From: Nanobdellota archaeon
Lineage (GTDB): Archaea; Nanobdellota; Nanobdellia; Pacearchaeales; GW2011-AR1
Reading direction: 5' to 3'
Assembly: GCA_043810695.1 (NCBI GenBank)
Contig: JBDRNV010000005.1
Location: forward strand, 10,590-74,589
DNA length: 64,000 nt
Part shown: positions 1 through 10,674 of the stretch, piece by piece
Numbering within the stretch: the first letter of the stretch is position 1
Layout of the letters: each line of letters starts with the position of its first letter
Notes under the pieces: model-generated
The model's database searches: none
What the model saw: the letters and a program-made list of their open reading frames with translations, nothing else
What the model was told of the DNA's origin: nothing
Position numbers and translations under genes: made by a program

Positions 1-2
1 AT

Positions 3-614
3 TTGATATCAGGAGGTGCAACAACTGTTCTTGATTTAAGCGTATATAATTCAGTAGGAGCATTTAATATTCGCGCTCTTACAATAAGTCTTATATCAAG
101 AAAAATTTTCAATCAAAGAATGGAAGCACGTAAAAAAGAAGAGGTTAAGTCTGTTTCAAAAGGACTTGAGCTTTTATCAAATGTTGAAAAAAAAGAATAC
201 CCTCTTGTATGGATTTTTATTGATGAAGCACACGAATTTCTTCCGTTAAACGAAAAAACAGTTGCAACAGATGCACTTGTCCAGCTTTTAAGAGAAGGTA
301 GGCAGCCTGGAATATCCCTTGTGCTTGCAACACAACAACCAGGAAGGATTCATAGGGATGTAATGACGCAGGCAGATATAGTAATATCTCACAGAGTAAC
401 TTCAAAATCAGATTTAGAGGCATTAAATTATATAATGCAGTCCTATGTCCTTGAAAGTGTAAAGAAACAAATGGATGATCTTCCAACATTAAAGGGTTCT
501 GCAATAGTATTAGATGATAATTCAGAAAGAATTTATCCTGCAAGAATGCGCCCACGATTCACTTGGCATGGTGGAGAAGCGCCTACAGCAATAAAGGCAG
601 AGAAGAAGTTATAA
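3..614 (+). CDS. HerA/FtsK-like P-loop ATPase, C-terminal fragment (5' end outside window)
   Basis: Walker B-like IFIDEAHEF and ATQQP motif typical of the HerA/DUF87 family. The ORF runs from the window edge. Confidence 0.5.
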   Translation: MISGGATTVLDLSVYNSVGAFNIRALTISLISRKIFNQRMEARKKEEVKSVSKGLELLSNVEKKEYPLVWIFIDEAHEFLPLNEKTVATDALVQLLREGRQPGISLVLATQQPGRIHRDVMTQADIVISHRVTSKSDLEALNYIMQSYVLESVKKQMDDLPTLKGSAIVLDDNSERIYPARMRPRFTWHGGEAPTAIKAEKKL

Positions 615-621
615 TTAAAAA

Positions 622-816
622 TTAATTAGAATGGGCCATTCTATAAAAAGAAATTCCTGCAAAAAATAAACCAATAATTAGTAATATAAAGAGAACTAGA
701 GATTCACTTAAAAAAGATACTTCATCCATTAATAGCCATAAACTTCTAAAAACTAAGACAGATGCGATAATTAAAATAGATTCCCAAAAAACATGTTTTG
801 ACTTTTTCATATTCAT
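622..816 (-). CDS. small hydrophobic protein
   Basis: 64-aa ORF with two hydrophobic helices and no recognisable motif. Confidence 0.25.
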   Translation of the reverse strand: MNMKKSKHVFWESILIIASVLVFRSLWLLMDEVSFLSESLVLFILLIIGLFFAGISFYRMAHSN

Positions 817-875
817 ATAAAAAATTTATTGTTTTTATAATTATTGTTTTTTATATTTTTGAGTAACTTTCATAG

Positions 876-1673
876 TTACAAAACCTCAAAATCAACTCTA
901 ATTCTGAATCTATAAGGAGCAATTTCTCCTGCTTTTTTAACTTTTAATATTTTTATCTTTTTCTTGTATTTTTTAGCTTGATATTTTATATTATTAATAA
1001 CCAAATCAGTTTCACTATCCTTACAGAAATCATAATAATATATTATAGTTCCCCTTTTACCTAACATAAAAGCCTCTTTCAAAAAACTTTCTTTAAGTTG
1101 AGGGCGTGGCATGACAATATAATCAAATTTTTCTTTCAATTTTTTAGCAATTTTTTTAATATCTCCATTTAACAGCGTGACTTTATTCTTAACTTTATTT
1201 AACTCTATATTAAGTTGTGCATACTTATTAGCCTCTTTATTTATTTCATTAGAAAAAACTTTATCTGCCTTGGAGTTTTTTGCAATCACAATTGAATAAG
1301 GAGCAACTCCTGCAAACATAACTAGAACATTTCCTTTTTTTATCAATGAAGCTATTTCTTTTCTTTCATTGCTCAGCCTTGAAGAGAAATAAACATTATC
1401 TAAATTAAATCTAAAGACACATTCATTTTCTTTATACAAAACTTCTTTTGTTTTTTTTCCAGTAATATATTTTGTCTGTTGTTTTCTTAATCTGCCATGA
1501 AATTTGTGGGTTTTTTCAAGAACAGTTGTTATTGACTTGTTATTTTTCATTATTTTACCAGCAAATTTCTTTTTTTCTTTAATAGAAGTTTTCCTGTCAA
1601 ACTTAACCAAAGCAATGTTTCCTAAAATGTCAAAGGCTCTTAGTTTCTTTTTTAATTTATTTTTCATAGTCAT
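876..1673 (-). CDS. trm5: tRNA (guanine37-N1)-methyltransferase Trm5/Taw2-like
   Basis: FDILGNIALV N-terminus, VYFSSRLSNER, and the MFAGVAPYSI class I SAM-binding motif. Length (265 aa) is typical of archaeal Trm5. Confidence 0.75.
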   Translation of the reverse strand: MTMKNKLKKKLRAFDILGNIALVKFDRKTSIKEKKKFAGKIMKNNKSITTVLEKTHKFHGRLRKQQTKYITGKKTKEVLYKENECVFRFNLDNVYFSSRLSNERKEIASLIKKGNVLVMFAGVAPYSIVIAKNSKADKVFSNEINKEANKYAQLNIELNKVKNKVTLLNGDIKKIAKKLKEKFDYIVMPRPQLKESFLKEAFMLGKRGTIIYYYDFCKDSETDLVINNIKYQAKKYKKKIKILKVKKAGEIAPYRFRIRVDFEVL

Positions 1674-1727
1674 ACCTTAAAATAAAACTGTATCAATATT
1701 TATAAATATTAGATTTCTATCTAAATT

Positions 1728-2507
1728 ATGAAAAGATTGAAAAGAGGACTATTGATAGGCTTGCTGTCTATCCTATTCATTAATTTTGTAAGCGCGCAGT
1801 TTTTCTCAAGTTTTGGAAGATTTTCTATTACAGGTTTTCTTGAGAGCATAGGCCCACAGGATTTAACTCTCTTTGCTTTATTCATAATATTTTTTCCAAT
1901 AATCTTTTATGCTCTTGGAAAGGTATTCAAAGATAATATGGGGCAGCCAAACAAAGCAATAGCAGGAGTAATTGCTTTTGGAGTAGCTATATTAATTGTA
2001 TATTCTGTTTACAGGTCTGGATTTGACATAACTGGTTTGTTTTATGGCTGGGGAATTAGTACAGGATTTCTTTATGCAGTAATTCCTATATTTCTTCTTG
2101 CTTTTATTATATTTGGTTTATGGAAAAAGTGGTTTAAAATATCTGGATTTATTGCTTTCCTTGGACTTTTCCTAATAATAATAAATATGTTTACAGATAT
2201 TTTCTATGAAAAATTCACTGTTTTTGTTATTGGATTTGTTCTGCTTCTTATTGGGCTTAGTAAATTTATAATTAAGTTATTTAAAAAAAAACATTTAAAC
2301 CCTAATTTACCACCAGGTCAGCCACCACAAATTATAGAAAGAGAGAAAATAATTTATCAGCAAAGACAGAGATCTTTATATGATTTAAAGCAGAAACTTA
2401 ACTCATATAAATTTGAATATAATAATGCAAGAGGCAATCCACACAGACAAAAAAGAATAAAACAGGCAATGCAAATAATAGAAAGAGAAATAAGGCGGTT
2501 GTCCTAA
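1728..2507 (+). CDS. integral membrane protein with basic/coiled C-terminal tail
   Basis: Multiple hydrophobic segments and no catalytic motifs. Confidence 0.4.
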   Translation: MKRLKRGLLIGLLSILFINFVSAQFFSSFGRFSITGFLESIGPQDLTLFALFIIFFPIIFYALGKVFKDNMGQPNKAIAGVIAFGVAILIVYSVYRSGFDITGLFYGWGISTGFLYAVIPIFLLAFIIFGLWKKWFKISGFIAFLGLFLIIINMFTDIFYEKFTVFVIGFVLLLIGLSKFIIKLFKKKHLNPNLPPGQPPQIIEREKIIYQQRQRSLYDLKQKLNSYKFEYNNARGNPHRQKRIKQAMQIIEREIRRLS

Positions 2508-2541
2508 AAAATTTAAGAGGCTTTCCTTCTACACAAAAATC

Positions 2542-3585
2542 TCACCTAATCCAGCTTCCAAGATTTTTCTGTTTCTTCTGCTCTTTTATTTCCCTTAGTT
2601 TCTCAAGCTGCTTTTCAACCCTGTCATCTGAAAAATCATGCTCATTCACAAGAATTTTTTTTATTTTATTCTCGTCAATCTTTGGAAATTTTATATCTGA
2701 ATTAATAACATCTGGTTTATGAAAAAGCTTAAATATTTCTTTCCAGTCAAATCTCTCCTGTTCTGGCAGAGACATCATCTGCTCTTCAACTGATTTAAAT
2801 ATTAAAACAGGCTGTTTGTATTTTCTAACAATATCCAGTGCTCTTTTCTGTCCTATTCCTGGAAGCCCGCGCGGATTGTAGTCTGTTCCAACAAGAATAC
2901 CAAGACAAATAAGCTGGTCAAGATTTATTTCAAGTAAATTCAAAACTTTCTGAAGTTCAATAATTTCAGGTCTTATCTCAACCCACCCTGAAAATGTTTT
3001 TCTTTTTCTTGCAAGCCCAAGATTTCTTATTAGCCTAGGGGCTCCAAAAAGCAAACTATCATAATCCTGGCTTACAGTTGCATAGATTTCATTGTTTAGT
3101 TTATTAAGATGAGCTGCTTCTGCTTCTCCTTCGCTAGGAGCTTGAATAACAGCAACTCCCATTGCTTCAAGAAGTTCTTTGCTCTCACTAATCATTGTCT
3201 CGTCAAGTCTTATTAATTGTGAACCATATCTTTTCATTGCTCCAATATCTTCTTCCTGTCTTGCTTCATTATATCTGCTTTTTGCAAGTTCTCTTCCTTC
3301 TTCTCTTATTTTATTTGTACCTGCTTTTAATTCAGGAGGTTTTCCGTCAAAAACATAAATAATCTTTATGCCATCTGCCAGAAGGTTTATGTTTCTATAA
3401 AAAATGCCTGATAAATGACTAGTAACTCTTTTTTTATTATCCATTAAAGGAGTTCCATCTGGCTGTCTTATAGTAGAAAGGAACTGGTAAAGCATGTTAT
3501 AAGCATCAACACATACAATTTTCCCCTTTAAATCAGCTATCTCTATTTCTTTTCTTGGTATGATATCTTTAATATTTAGCCCCAT
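2542..3585 (-). CDS. fen: flap endonuclease FEN-1
   Basis: MGLNIKDIIP...CVDAYNMLYQFL N-domain, GIPGIG helix-hairpin-helix region, 347 aa. Confidence 0.9.
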   Translation of the reverse strand: MGLNIKDIIPRKEIEIADLKGKIVCVDAYNMLYQFLSTIRQPDGTPLMDNKKRVTSHLSGIFYRNINLLADGIKIIYVFDGKPPELKAGTNKIREEGRELAKSRYNEARQEEDIGAMKRYGSQLIRLDETMISESKELLEAMGVAVIQAPSEGEAEAAHLNKLNNEIYATVSQDYDSLLFGAPRLIRNLGLARKRKTFSGWVEIRPEIIELQKVLNLLEINLDQLICLGILVGTDYNPRGLPGIGQKRALDIVRKYKQPVLIFKSVEEQMMSLPEQERFDWKEIFKLFHKPDVINSDIKFPKIDENKIKKILVNEHDFSDDRVEKQLEKLREIKEQKKQKNLGSWIR

Positions 3586-3718
3586 AAATTAGATAGATAA
3601 GCTAAATATAAATAGTTATCGACGCCCCAATCAATATTAAGTATTATTAAACCTCATTCTCATATTAAAATAATCCTCAACTCTTAAGTTTTAAATAACT
3701 AAAAGTTTTACTAAACCC

Positions 3719-6184
3719 ATGATAAAGACAGATTTTATTCCAATAGATTATAGTTATTTTGATTTTAATGGAAGGAATCATATAAAAATAACAGGCAGAA
3801 ACAACCATGGAAAAAGAGTATGTGTAATAGATTCCTGCCCTGTTTTTCTTTGGGCTATACTTAAGGAAAATCTAAAACAAAATAAGATAGAAAAACTTAT
3901 AGATAAAGTAAAAAAAATAAAACTTGATATAAAAGGCAGGCAGACAAAGGTTGAAGATGTTGAGTTGCATGAAAAAAATTTCCTTGGAAAACCAGTTAAG
4001 GCACTTAAGATTTTTGCTACAAATTACAAAGATTTGCACGATGTTGCAGACAAGCTTGGACTACCTGAAATAGAATGTAGAAGAGGTTATGATCTAGGGT
4101 TTGTAAGCCATTATATAATTGAAAAAAAGATTATCCCATTAAATTGGTATGAAATAGAGGGGGAGGTTTTACATAATAGTGCTGAATTTGGAGGAATAGA
4201 TTCAGCCCTTGATGTTGATTTGTGTATTAAACTTAATTCTGCAAAAGGAATAGGTGAAAAGGGTTTTACTCCAAAAGTATTAAGCTTTGATATTGAGACA
4301 AGTGAATTTCAGATTGGAAAAGGAGAAATATTAATGATTTCTCTAGTTTCAAATAATTTTAGAAAAGTTATAACAACAAAAAAAGTTGTTTCAAAGGATA
4401 AAGTCTTAGATTTTGTTGAATATGTAAAAAATGAAGAGGATTTATTGGAAAAATTTGCTGAATATGTTAAAAAAATTTCTCCTGATTTTCTAGTTGGTTA
4501 TTTTAGTGATGGATTTGATATGGCTTATATAAAAGCAAGAGCTGAACAACACAAAATAAAACTTCCTTTGGGTTTGGATGGAAGTCAGCCTGTATTTCAC
4601 AGAGGAGCTATTTTAACTTGTAGAATAGATGGAATTGTACATATCGATCTCCTTAAGTTTGTTGATACTGCATATTCTCAATATATGCAATCTGAAACAC
4701 TTTCACTAAATGATGTTTCTTGGGAATTTTTAGGGGATAGAAAAAAGGGATTTGAATTTAAAGCTATTTCAAAAATGTCAGATGAAGACTGGAAAAATTA
4801 TTTTATATACAATCTGCAAGATTCTGATTTAACATATCGCTTATTTTTCAAATTCTGGCCAGATATAAGGGAATTTTCAAGAGTTATGCAAGAGCCTGCA
4901 TTTGATGTTTCAAGAAACGGAATGGCAAAAAATGTAGAGTCATATATTCTGCACAATCTTGAAAAATTCAATGAGATTCCTGAAAAAAGACCAATGCATG
5001 ATGAAATAGGAGAGAGAAGAGGAAAAGAAAAATACGAGGGTGCTTTTGTTTTTCAGCCAATTCCCGGATTATATGAAGATATTGTAATCTTTGACTTTAC
5101 AAGCAGTTATGGAAGTATCATAGTAACATATAATCTTTCAAAATCAACTCTTCTTGAAAAGCCAGAAAAAAATTCATACAATATAGAAGCTTTAGAGAAA
5201 AAAGTATATTTTTCAAAAAAATCAGGATTTTTTCCAGAAATGTTAAAAGAAATAATAATGCTAAGAAAAAAATACAAACAGGAATTAAAAAACAAAGAAG
5301 ATGCAATTACAAAAGCAAGAAGTAATGCCTTTAAGCTACTGGCAAATTCAAGTTATGGTTATCAGGGATTTTTTGGAGCAAGATATTATTGCAGAGAAGC
5401 AGCTGCTGCCACTGCTGCTTTTGCAAGGCAGTCAATAAAAAATACAATAGAAAAAATAAATCAAGCAGGCTATAAAACAATATATTCAGATACAGACAGC
5501 ATTGCATTTCTTATAAATAAAAAAACAAAACAGGAAACATTAAATTTTCTGAAAAAAGTAAATGAAGAACTTCCCGGAATAATGGAGCTTGAACTTGAGG
5601 ATTTTTATAAAAGAGGAATATGGGTTACAAAAAGAACAGGAGAATTTGGAGCCAAAAAGAAATATGCTCTAATAAGTGAAAATAATAAACTGAAAATAAG
5701 AGGTTTTGAAACAGTAAGAAGAAACTGGTGCAAGCTTGCAAGAGAAACACAAAATAAAGTATTAAGGATGATTTTAAAGGACGGGAATGAAAAAAAAGCC
5801 CTATTATATGTAAAGGAAATCATTAAAAAAATTAAGGAAAGAAAAATTGAAAGAAAAGAAATTCTTATAAGGACGCAGTTAAGAAAAGCAATTTCAGAAT
5901 ATAAAGCAATCTCTCCCCATGTCATTGCAGCCAAAAAAATGGAAGAACAAAAGATACCAATAGATGAAGGAGCGCTTATAGAATATTTTATTGCAGAAAC
6001 ACGTGAAAAAAAGAAGTGTGTTCGGGAAAAAGTCAAGCTTGTTCATGAAAAAGGAGAGTATGATATAAAATATTATCTTGAGAGGCAGATTATTCCTGCT
6101 GTTGAAAATATATTGCAAGTTTTCAATGTGAATATAAATGAGATAATTCAGGGGAAAAAACAGACAAAATTAGGAGATTTTTGA
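3719..6184 (+). CDS. polB: DNA polymerase, family B
   Basis: Exo motifs (FDIETS), the YSDTDS polymerase motif C, and a KKKYA region. The 821-aa length leaves no room for an intein. Confidence 0.9.
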   Translation: MIKTDFIPIDYSYFDFNGRNHIKITGRNNHGKRVCVIDSCPVFLWAILKENLKQNKIEKLIDKVKKIKLDIKGRQTKVEDVELHEKNFLGKPVKALKIFATNYKDLHDVADKLGLPEIECRRGYDLGFVSHYIIEKKIIPLNWYEIEGEVLHNSAEFGGIDSALDVDLCIKLNSAKGIGEKGFTPKVLSFDIETSEFQIGKGEILMISLVSNNFRKVITTKKVVSKDKVLDFVEYVKNEEDLLEKFAEYVKKISPDFLVGYFSDGFDMAYIKARAEQHKIKLPLGLDGSQPVFHRGAILTCRIDGIVHIDLLKFVDTAYSQYMQSETLSLNDVSWEFLGDRKKGFEFKAISKMSDEDWKNYFIYNLQDSDLTYRLFFKFWPDIREFSRVMQEPAFDVSRNGMAKNVESYILHNLEKFNEIPEKRPMHDEIGERRGKEKYEGAFVFQPIPGLYEDIVIFDFTSSYGSIIVTYNLSKSTLLEKPEKNSYNIEALEKKVYFSKKSGFFPEMLKEIIMLRKKYKQELKNKEDAITKARSNAFKLLANSSYGYQGFFGARYYCREAAAATAAFARQSIKNTIEKINQAGYKTIYSDTDSIAFLINKKTKQETLNFLKKVNEELPGIMELELEDFYKRGIWVTKRTGEFGAKKKYALISENNKLKIRGFETVRRNWCKLARETQNKVLRMILKDGNEKKALLYVKEIIKKIKERKIERKEILIRTQLRKAISEYKAISPHVIAAKKMEEQKIPIDEGALIEYFIAETREKKKCVREKVKLVHEKGEYDIKYYLERQIIPAVENILQVFNVNINEIIQGKKQTKLGDF

Positions 6185-6795
6185 TGAAAACCCGTGAACT
6201 TATTCATGAATTAAAACATCATCTGCCGTTTACAGTAGTTGCAACTCTGATTGCGATTCTAACCTTTCTTCTTATTCAGTATTTAATCAAAATCTTTATT
6301 TCAGAAACACTTTTTGAAATATTCCATCCTCTTCATGTGATAGCTTCTTCGATAGTCACTGCAGGAATTTTTTACAGATATAGGCCTAAGGTTATTCCGG
6401 CGTTGTTGGTTGGAATAACAGGTTCAATAATTATTGGAAGTTTAAGCGATATAATTCTTCCGTGGCTGGGTGGAAATCTATTAAGTCTTAAAACAGGTTT
6501 TCATCTTCCGATAATTGAGACTCCATTTATTATTTTAGGTTCTGCTTTAATTGGTAGTTTTATTGGGGTAGCAAAAAAAGCAACTAAAATACCACATTTT
6601 ATTCATATCTTTCTTTCTGTATTTGCAAGTTTGTTTTACTTAATGGCATTTAGTTTAAATTTTAATATTATTTATTTTGCAGAAGTCTTTGTTATAGTTT
6701 TAATAGCAGTCATTCTTCCTTGTTGTGTAAGTGACATATTATTCCCTTTCTTCTTTCTTGGAAAAAGAATAAAATCTTGTGATTGTAAAAAATGA
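6181..6795 (+). CDS. polytopic membrane protein
   Basis: Five to six hydrophobic helices. Its start overlaps the polB stop (ATGA), suggesting co-transcription. Confidence 0.4.
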   Translation: MMKTRELIHELKHHLPFTVVATLIAILTFLLIQYLIKIFISETLFEIFHPLHVIASSIVTAGIFYRYRPKVIPALLVGITGSIIIGSLSDIILPWLGGNLLSLKTGFHLPIIETPFIILGSALIGSFIGVAKKATKIPHFIHIFLSVFASLFYLMAFSLNFNIIYFAEVFVIVLIAVILPCCVSDILFPFFFLGKRIKSCDCKK

Positions 6796-7853
6796 AGATT
6801 CCAGAATTAAAACCATTACTTGCAGAAAGAATGAAAGAACTTCTTCCAGATAATGAAGATTTTAATTCATTTTTAGAAATACTAAAAAAACCCACTTTAA
6901 ATTCAATTCGTTGCAATACTTTAAAAATTTCCTCTGAAAAATTAATAATTAGATTAGAATCTAAAGGATGGAAAATAAATCAGCCGTTTAAAGATTATCC
7001 TGAAATTTTAATAATTGAAGGAAAGTTTGATAATAATATAAATAAATTAAATGATAAAGAAGTTGATTCTCATACTAATAATAATTATCACTTTGCGAGC
7101 GATAGCGAGCGTAAATTACAAGAATTAGAACCGGGCGAGCTTGGCCGTTCTCTCGAGCATCTTTTAGGATATTATTATGTTCAAGAGATTGCAAGCATGC
7201 TTCCTGTTCTTGTTCTAGAGCCAAAGCCAAATGAAATTGTTCTTGATTTATGTGCATCTCCTGGAAGCAAAACAACGCAGATTGCTGCAAAAATGCAGAA
7301 TACAGGCACAATAATTGCAAATGAAATTAGTTTAGGAAGAATAAAAATTCTTGCATCAAATACAGAAAGGTGTGGTGTTACAAATACTATAATAACAAAA
7401 AAAGAAGGAACAGCTTTATGTACAAAACTCAAAAAAGAAGGATTTGAATGCGACAGAATTCTTATTGATGCTCCATGTTCTGGAGAAGGAACCTTAAGAA
7501 GCAGTCCTAAAACAGCTCTAATGTGGAATATAAATACTGTAAAAAAATTGTCAAAAATTCAGAAAAATCTTTTAGTCGCTGCAATTGAAATTTTAAAAAA
7601 TAATGGGGAGATTGTTTACAGCACATGCACACATGCGCCAGAAGAAAATGAAGAAGTTATTGATTTTATATTAGAAAAATTCAAAGGCAAAATAATATTA
7701 AAAAAGATTAAATTACCTATAAAGTGTAGATTAGGATTAAAGGGGTGGGGTGGGCTGGAATATAACAAAGAACTAACTAATTGCTGCAGAATATATCCCC
7801 AAGATAATGATACAGAGGGATTTTTTCTTGCAAAATTAAAAAAAGTAAAATGA
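6792..7853 (+). CDS. NOL1/NOP2/Sun-family RNA (cytosine-C5)-methyltransferase
   Basis: LDLCASPGSKTTQIA SAM motif, and DRILIDAPCSGEGTLR with the catalytic Cys motifs. Confidence 0.8.
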   Translation: MKIPELKPLLAERMKELLPDNEDFNSFLEILKKPTLNSIRCNTLKISSEKLIIRLESKGWKINQPFKDYPEILIIEGKFDNNINKLNDKEVDSHTNNNYHFASDSERKLQELEPGELGRSLEHLLGYYYVQEIASMLPVLVLEPKPNEIVLDLCASPGSKTTQIAAKMQNTGTIIANEISLGRIKILASNTERCGVTNTIITKKEGTALCTKLKKEGFECDRILIDAPCSGEGTLRSSPKTALMWNINTVKKLSKIQKNLLVAAIEILKNNGEIVYSTCTHAPEENEEVIDFILEKFKGKIILKKIKLPIKCRLGLKGWGGLEYNKELTNCCRIYPQDNDTEGFFLAKLKKVK

Positions 7854-8314
7854 AATTTTTAAAAATCTTAAATGAAAATGAAAAACAAGAGATAGAAAAA
7901 AATCTTAAAGAACAATTTGGAATAGAAAATATTCCATACAAAATTATAATGTGGGGAGAAGAAAGACTTTTTTTATTTTCAGGTAGTCTTAATGAAAATG
8001 ATATAAAAAAAATAAATGAAATTATACCTATAGAAAGAATAGGTATTTATTTTGCCAAGATTATTAAAGAAGAAATAAAATTAAGCATAGAAGGAACTCA
8101 AATTTTAAAGAATAATATAAATAAGAATATTTTTGAATTAAATTCAGAGCAGGCAGAAGAATGGATGATGGGCAGAGATCTTAATATAAAAACAGGAAAA
8201 AAAGGCTTTCTTGTTATGAAATATAAAGAGGATTTTCTTGGATGTGGAAAAGCCTCTGAAGAAAAAATAGGAAATTTTATTCCTAAAAATAGAAGGTTAA
8301 AAAATAAAGGATAG
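7850..8314 (+). CDS. hypothetical protein (overlaps NOP2 stop, likely co-transcribed)
   Basis: 154-aa ORF with no recognisable motif. ATGA overlap with the upstream gene. Confidence 0.35.
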   Translation: MKFLKILNENEKQEIEKNLKEQFGIENIPYKIIMWGEERLFLFSGSLNENDIKKINEIIPIERIGIYFAKIIKEEIKLSIEGTQILKNNINKNIFELNSEQAEEWMMGRDLNIKTGKKGFLVMKYKEDFLGCGKASEEKIGNFIPKNRRLKNKG

Positions 8315-8399
8315 TTAAAAATCAGGGTTCTAATTCTTTAACTTCAATCTGAATTGAACTCTTCGCTTTATTTATAAATATCAGTTTCTTGTTTTTTTC

Positions 8400-10610
8400 A
8401 TGAACGATAAATTTATCATGATGAATATTGATGATGAAAGATCAAAAAAAGTCGCAGAAGTATTGAAAAGCGACACCTGCAAGAAGATTCTAGATTATCT
8501 TGCTGAAAACAAAGAAAAATCAGAAGAAGATATTGCAAAAAATTTGAAAATGCCTATTAATACAGTTGAATATAATCTAAAAAAACTTGTTGAATCAGGA
8601 TTAGTTGAAAGGGCAAAGAACTTTTTCTGGAGCAAAAAAGGAAAAAAAATAAATCTTTACAAGCCAGCAAACCGTCATATAGTAATATCACCAAAAAAGA
8701 AGCCGGACATGAATATCTTAAAAACAATTCTTCCTGTAATAATTGCAATAGTTGCAATTATTGCTTTAGTTTTATTGCTATCTCCAGAAACTCAAGAACA
8801 ACAAGGAGATTTAAACAAGTTTTCTTCTTTAAACGAACTTAATAAATTCTTAAAAGATAATCAAGTTGAAAGCGGAAGAGGGGGAATACTTGATATATTC
8901 AAGGCTGCAACATCTCCATCAATGGCTGGAACAGAATCTGATTCCGGCTCAAACCAAGGGGCAGATGAATATTCCTCAACAAACATACAAGTAGAAGGAG
9001 TTGATGAAGCAGATGTAATAAAAAATGATGGAAAATACATTTATGCTGTTTCAGGAAACAAAGTAGTAATTGTTGATGCTTTTCCTGCTTCTAATATGAA
9101 AGTCTTAAGCGAAATAAATCTTAGTGGCTCTGTAGGAGAAATTTTTGTAAATAAAGATAAATTAATCGTTTTCTCTCAAGAATACTCTCAAATTGTATAT
9201 GGTAGAGAAAGATGCATGGAAATTGGATGCATAACACCTCCTAACCAAGATGAAGCAAAGACAGGTGTTTATATCTATGATATTTCAAATAGACAAAATC
9301 CTACTTTAGATGAGAATATTTCCTTAACAGGAAACTATGTTTCTTCAAGAATGATTAACAATTATGTTTATTTGATTGCAAATCAGTATGCTTATCAAGA
9401 AGGAGTTCTTCCAGCTTATGAAAAAAACGGGCAAGTTAAAGTTGTTAAAGCAGATGAAGTTTATTACTCTCCTATAAAAGATCAATCCTTCCAGTTTACA
9501 AACATACTAGCAATAAACATTAATAATGGAGAAACCTCTGAAAAAACAGTTTTAACAGGCTCATCTCAAACAATTTATGTGTCTAAGAATAATATTTATA
9601 CAACTTATACAAAATATGCTTATTATTGGAATTCTGGAAGCACAGATCAGGAAAAAACAATAATAAATAAGTTTTCAATAGACAAAAGTCAAGTCGAATT
9701 CTTATCTAGCGGAGAAGTTCCAGGGCATTTATTAAATCAGTTTTCAATGGATGAAAACAAAGATTATTTCAGAATTGCAACAACAATAGGAGAAGTTTGG
9801 AACTCTGAAAAACCATCAACAAATAATATTTACGTTTTAGATAAAGATATGAAATTAATAGGCTCTTTAGAAGATTTAGCTCCAGGAGAAAAGATTTATT
9901 CTTCAAGATTCATTGGAGATAGAGCTTACTTAGTTACATTCAAAAAGATTGATCCTTTGTTTGTAATAAGTTTGGAAAACCCAACAAATCCTACAGTTCT
10001 TGGAAAATTAAAAATACCTGGTTATTCTGATTATTTGCATCCTTATGATGAAAATCATATTATAGGTATTGGAAAAGAAGCAATTGATGCTAGTGAAGAA
10101 GAAACAACAGGCAGGCAACTTGACTTTGCATGGTATCAAGGAATAAAAATAGCAATCTTTGATGTTTCAGATGTTAATAATCCAATAGAAGAATACAAAG
10201 AAGTTATTGGAGACAGAGGAACAGATTCAGAAGCATTGCAGAATCACAAAGCATTTTTATTCGATAGAGAAAAAGAACTCTTGGTTTTACCAATAAATCT
10301 TGCAGAAATCAAAGGCGAAAAAACACAAGATAATCAATATGGCGAATTCACATTTCAGGGAGCTTATGTCTACAAAATAAATCTAGAGGATGGCTTTAAA
10401 TTGCAAGGAAGAATAACTCATTACAATGAAACAGATTATGCTAAAATGGGCTATTACTTTTATGGGGATAAAAGCATTTCAAGATCTCTATATATGGATG
10501 ATACTTTATACACATTCTCTCCTTCAATGATAAAGGCAAATGATTTAGATAATTTAGAGGAAATTAGTTCATTAAATCTACCATACAATAAACAAAGCCG
10601 CTATTATTAA
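8400..10610 (+). CDS. winged-helix (ArsR-like) N-terminal domain + TM + extracellular beta-propeller protein (COG4880-like)
   Basis: N-terminal HTH (KILDYLAENKE...NTVEYNLKKLVESGLV), then one TM helix, then a long beta-rich repeat region resembling archaeal secreted beta-propeller proteins. Confidence 0.5.
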   Translation: MNDKFIMMNIDDERSKKVAEVLKSDTCKKILDYLAENKEKSEEDIAKNLKMPINTVEYNLKKLVESGLVERAKNFFWSKKGKKINLYKPANRHIVISPKKKPDMNILKTILPVIIAIVAIIALVLLLSPETQEQQGDLNKFSSLNELNKFLKDNQVESGRGGILDIFKAATSPSMAGTESDSGSNQGADEYSSTNIQVEGVDEADVIKNDGKYIYAVSGNKVVIVDAFPASNMKVLSEINLSGSVGEIFVNKDKLIVFSQEYSQIVYGRERCMEIGCITPPNQDEAKTGVYIYDISNRQNPTLDENISLTGNYVSSRMINNYVYLIANQYAYQEGVLPAYEKNGQVKVVKADEVYYSPIKDQSFQFTNILAININNGETSEKTVLTGSSQTIYVSKNNIYTTYTKYAYYWNSGSTDQEKTIINKFSIDKSQVEFLSSGEVPGHLLNQFSMDENKDYFRIATTIGEVWNSEKPSTNNIYVLDKDMKLIGSLEDLAPGEKIYSSRFIGDRAYLVTFKKIDPLFVISLENPTNPTVLGKLKIPGYSDYLHPYDENHIIGIGKEAIDASEEETTGRQLDFAWYQGIKIAIFDVSDVNNPIEEYKEVIGDRGTDSEALQNHKAFLFDREKELLVLPINLAEIKGEKTQDNQYGEFTFQGAYVYKINLEDGFKLQGRITHYNETDYAKMGYYFYGDKSISRSLYMDDTLYTFSPSMIKANDLDNLEEISSLNLPYNKQSRYY

Positions 10611-10674
10611 ATAATACTTAAAATTTTAGTTAATAACAGATACTTTATAAAACACCTTTTTCTTAAATAAAATC

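Noticed and set aside
5107-6118. Several 60-143-aa ORFs antisense to polB
   Set aside because: They lie fully inside a strongly supported polymerase gene on the opposite strand. Their composition is low-complexity and hydrophobic, typical of spurious antisense ORFs in AT-rich DNA.
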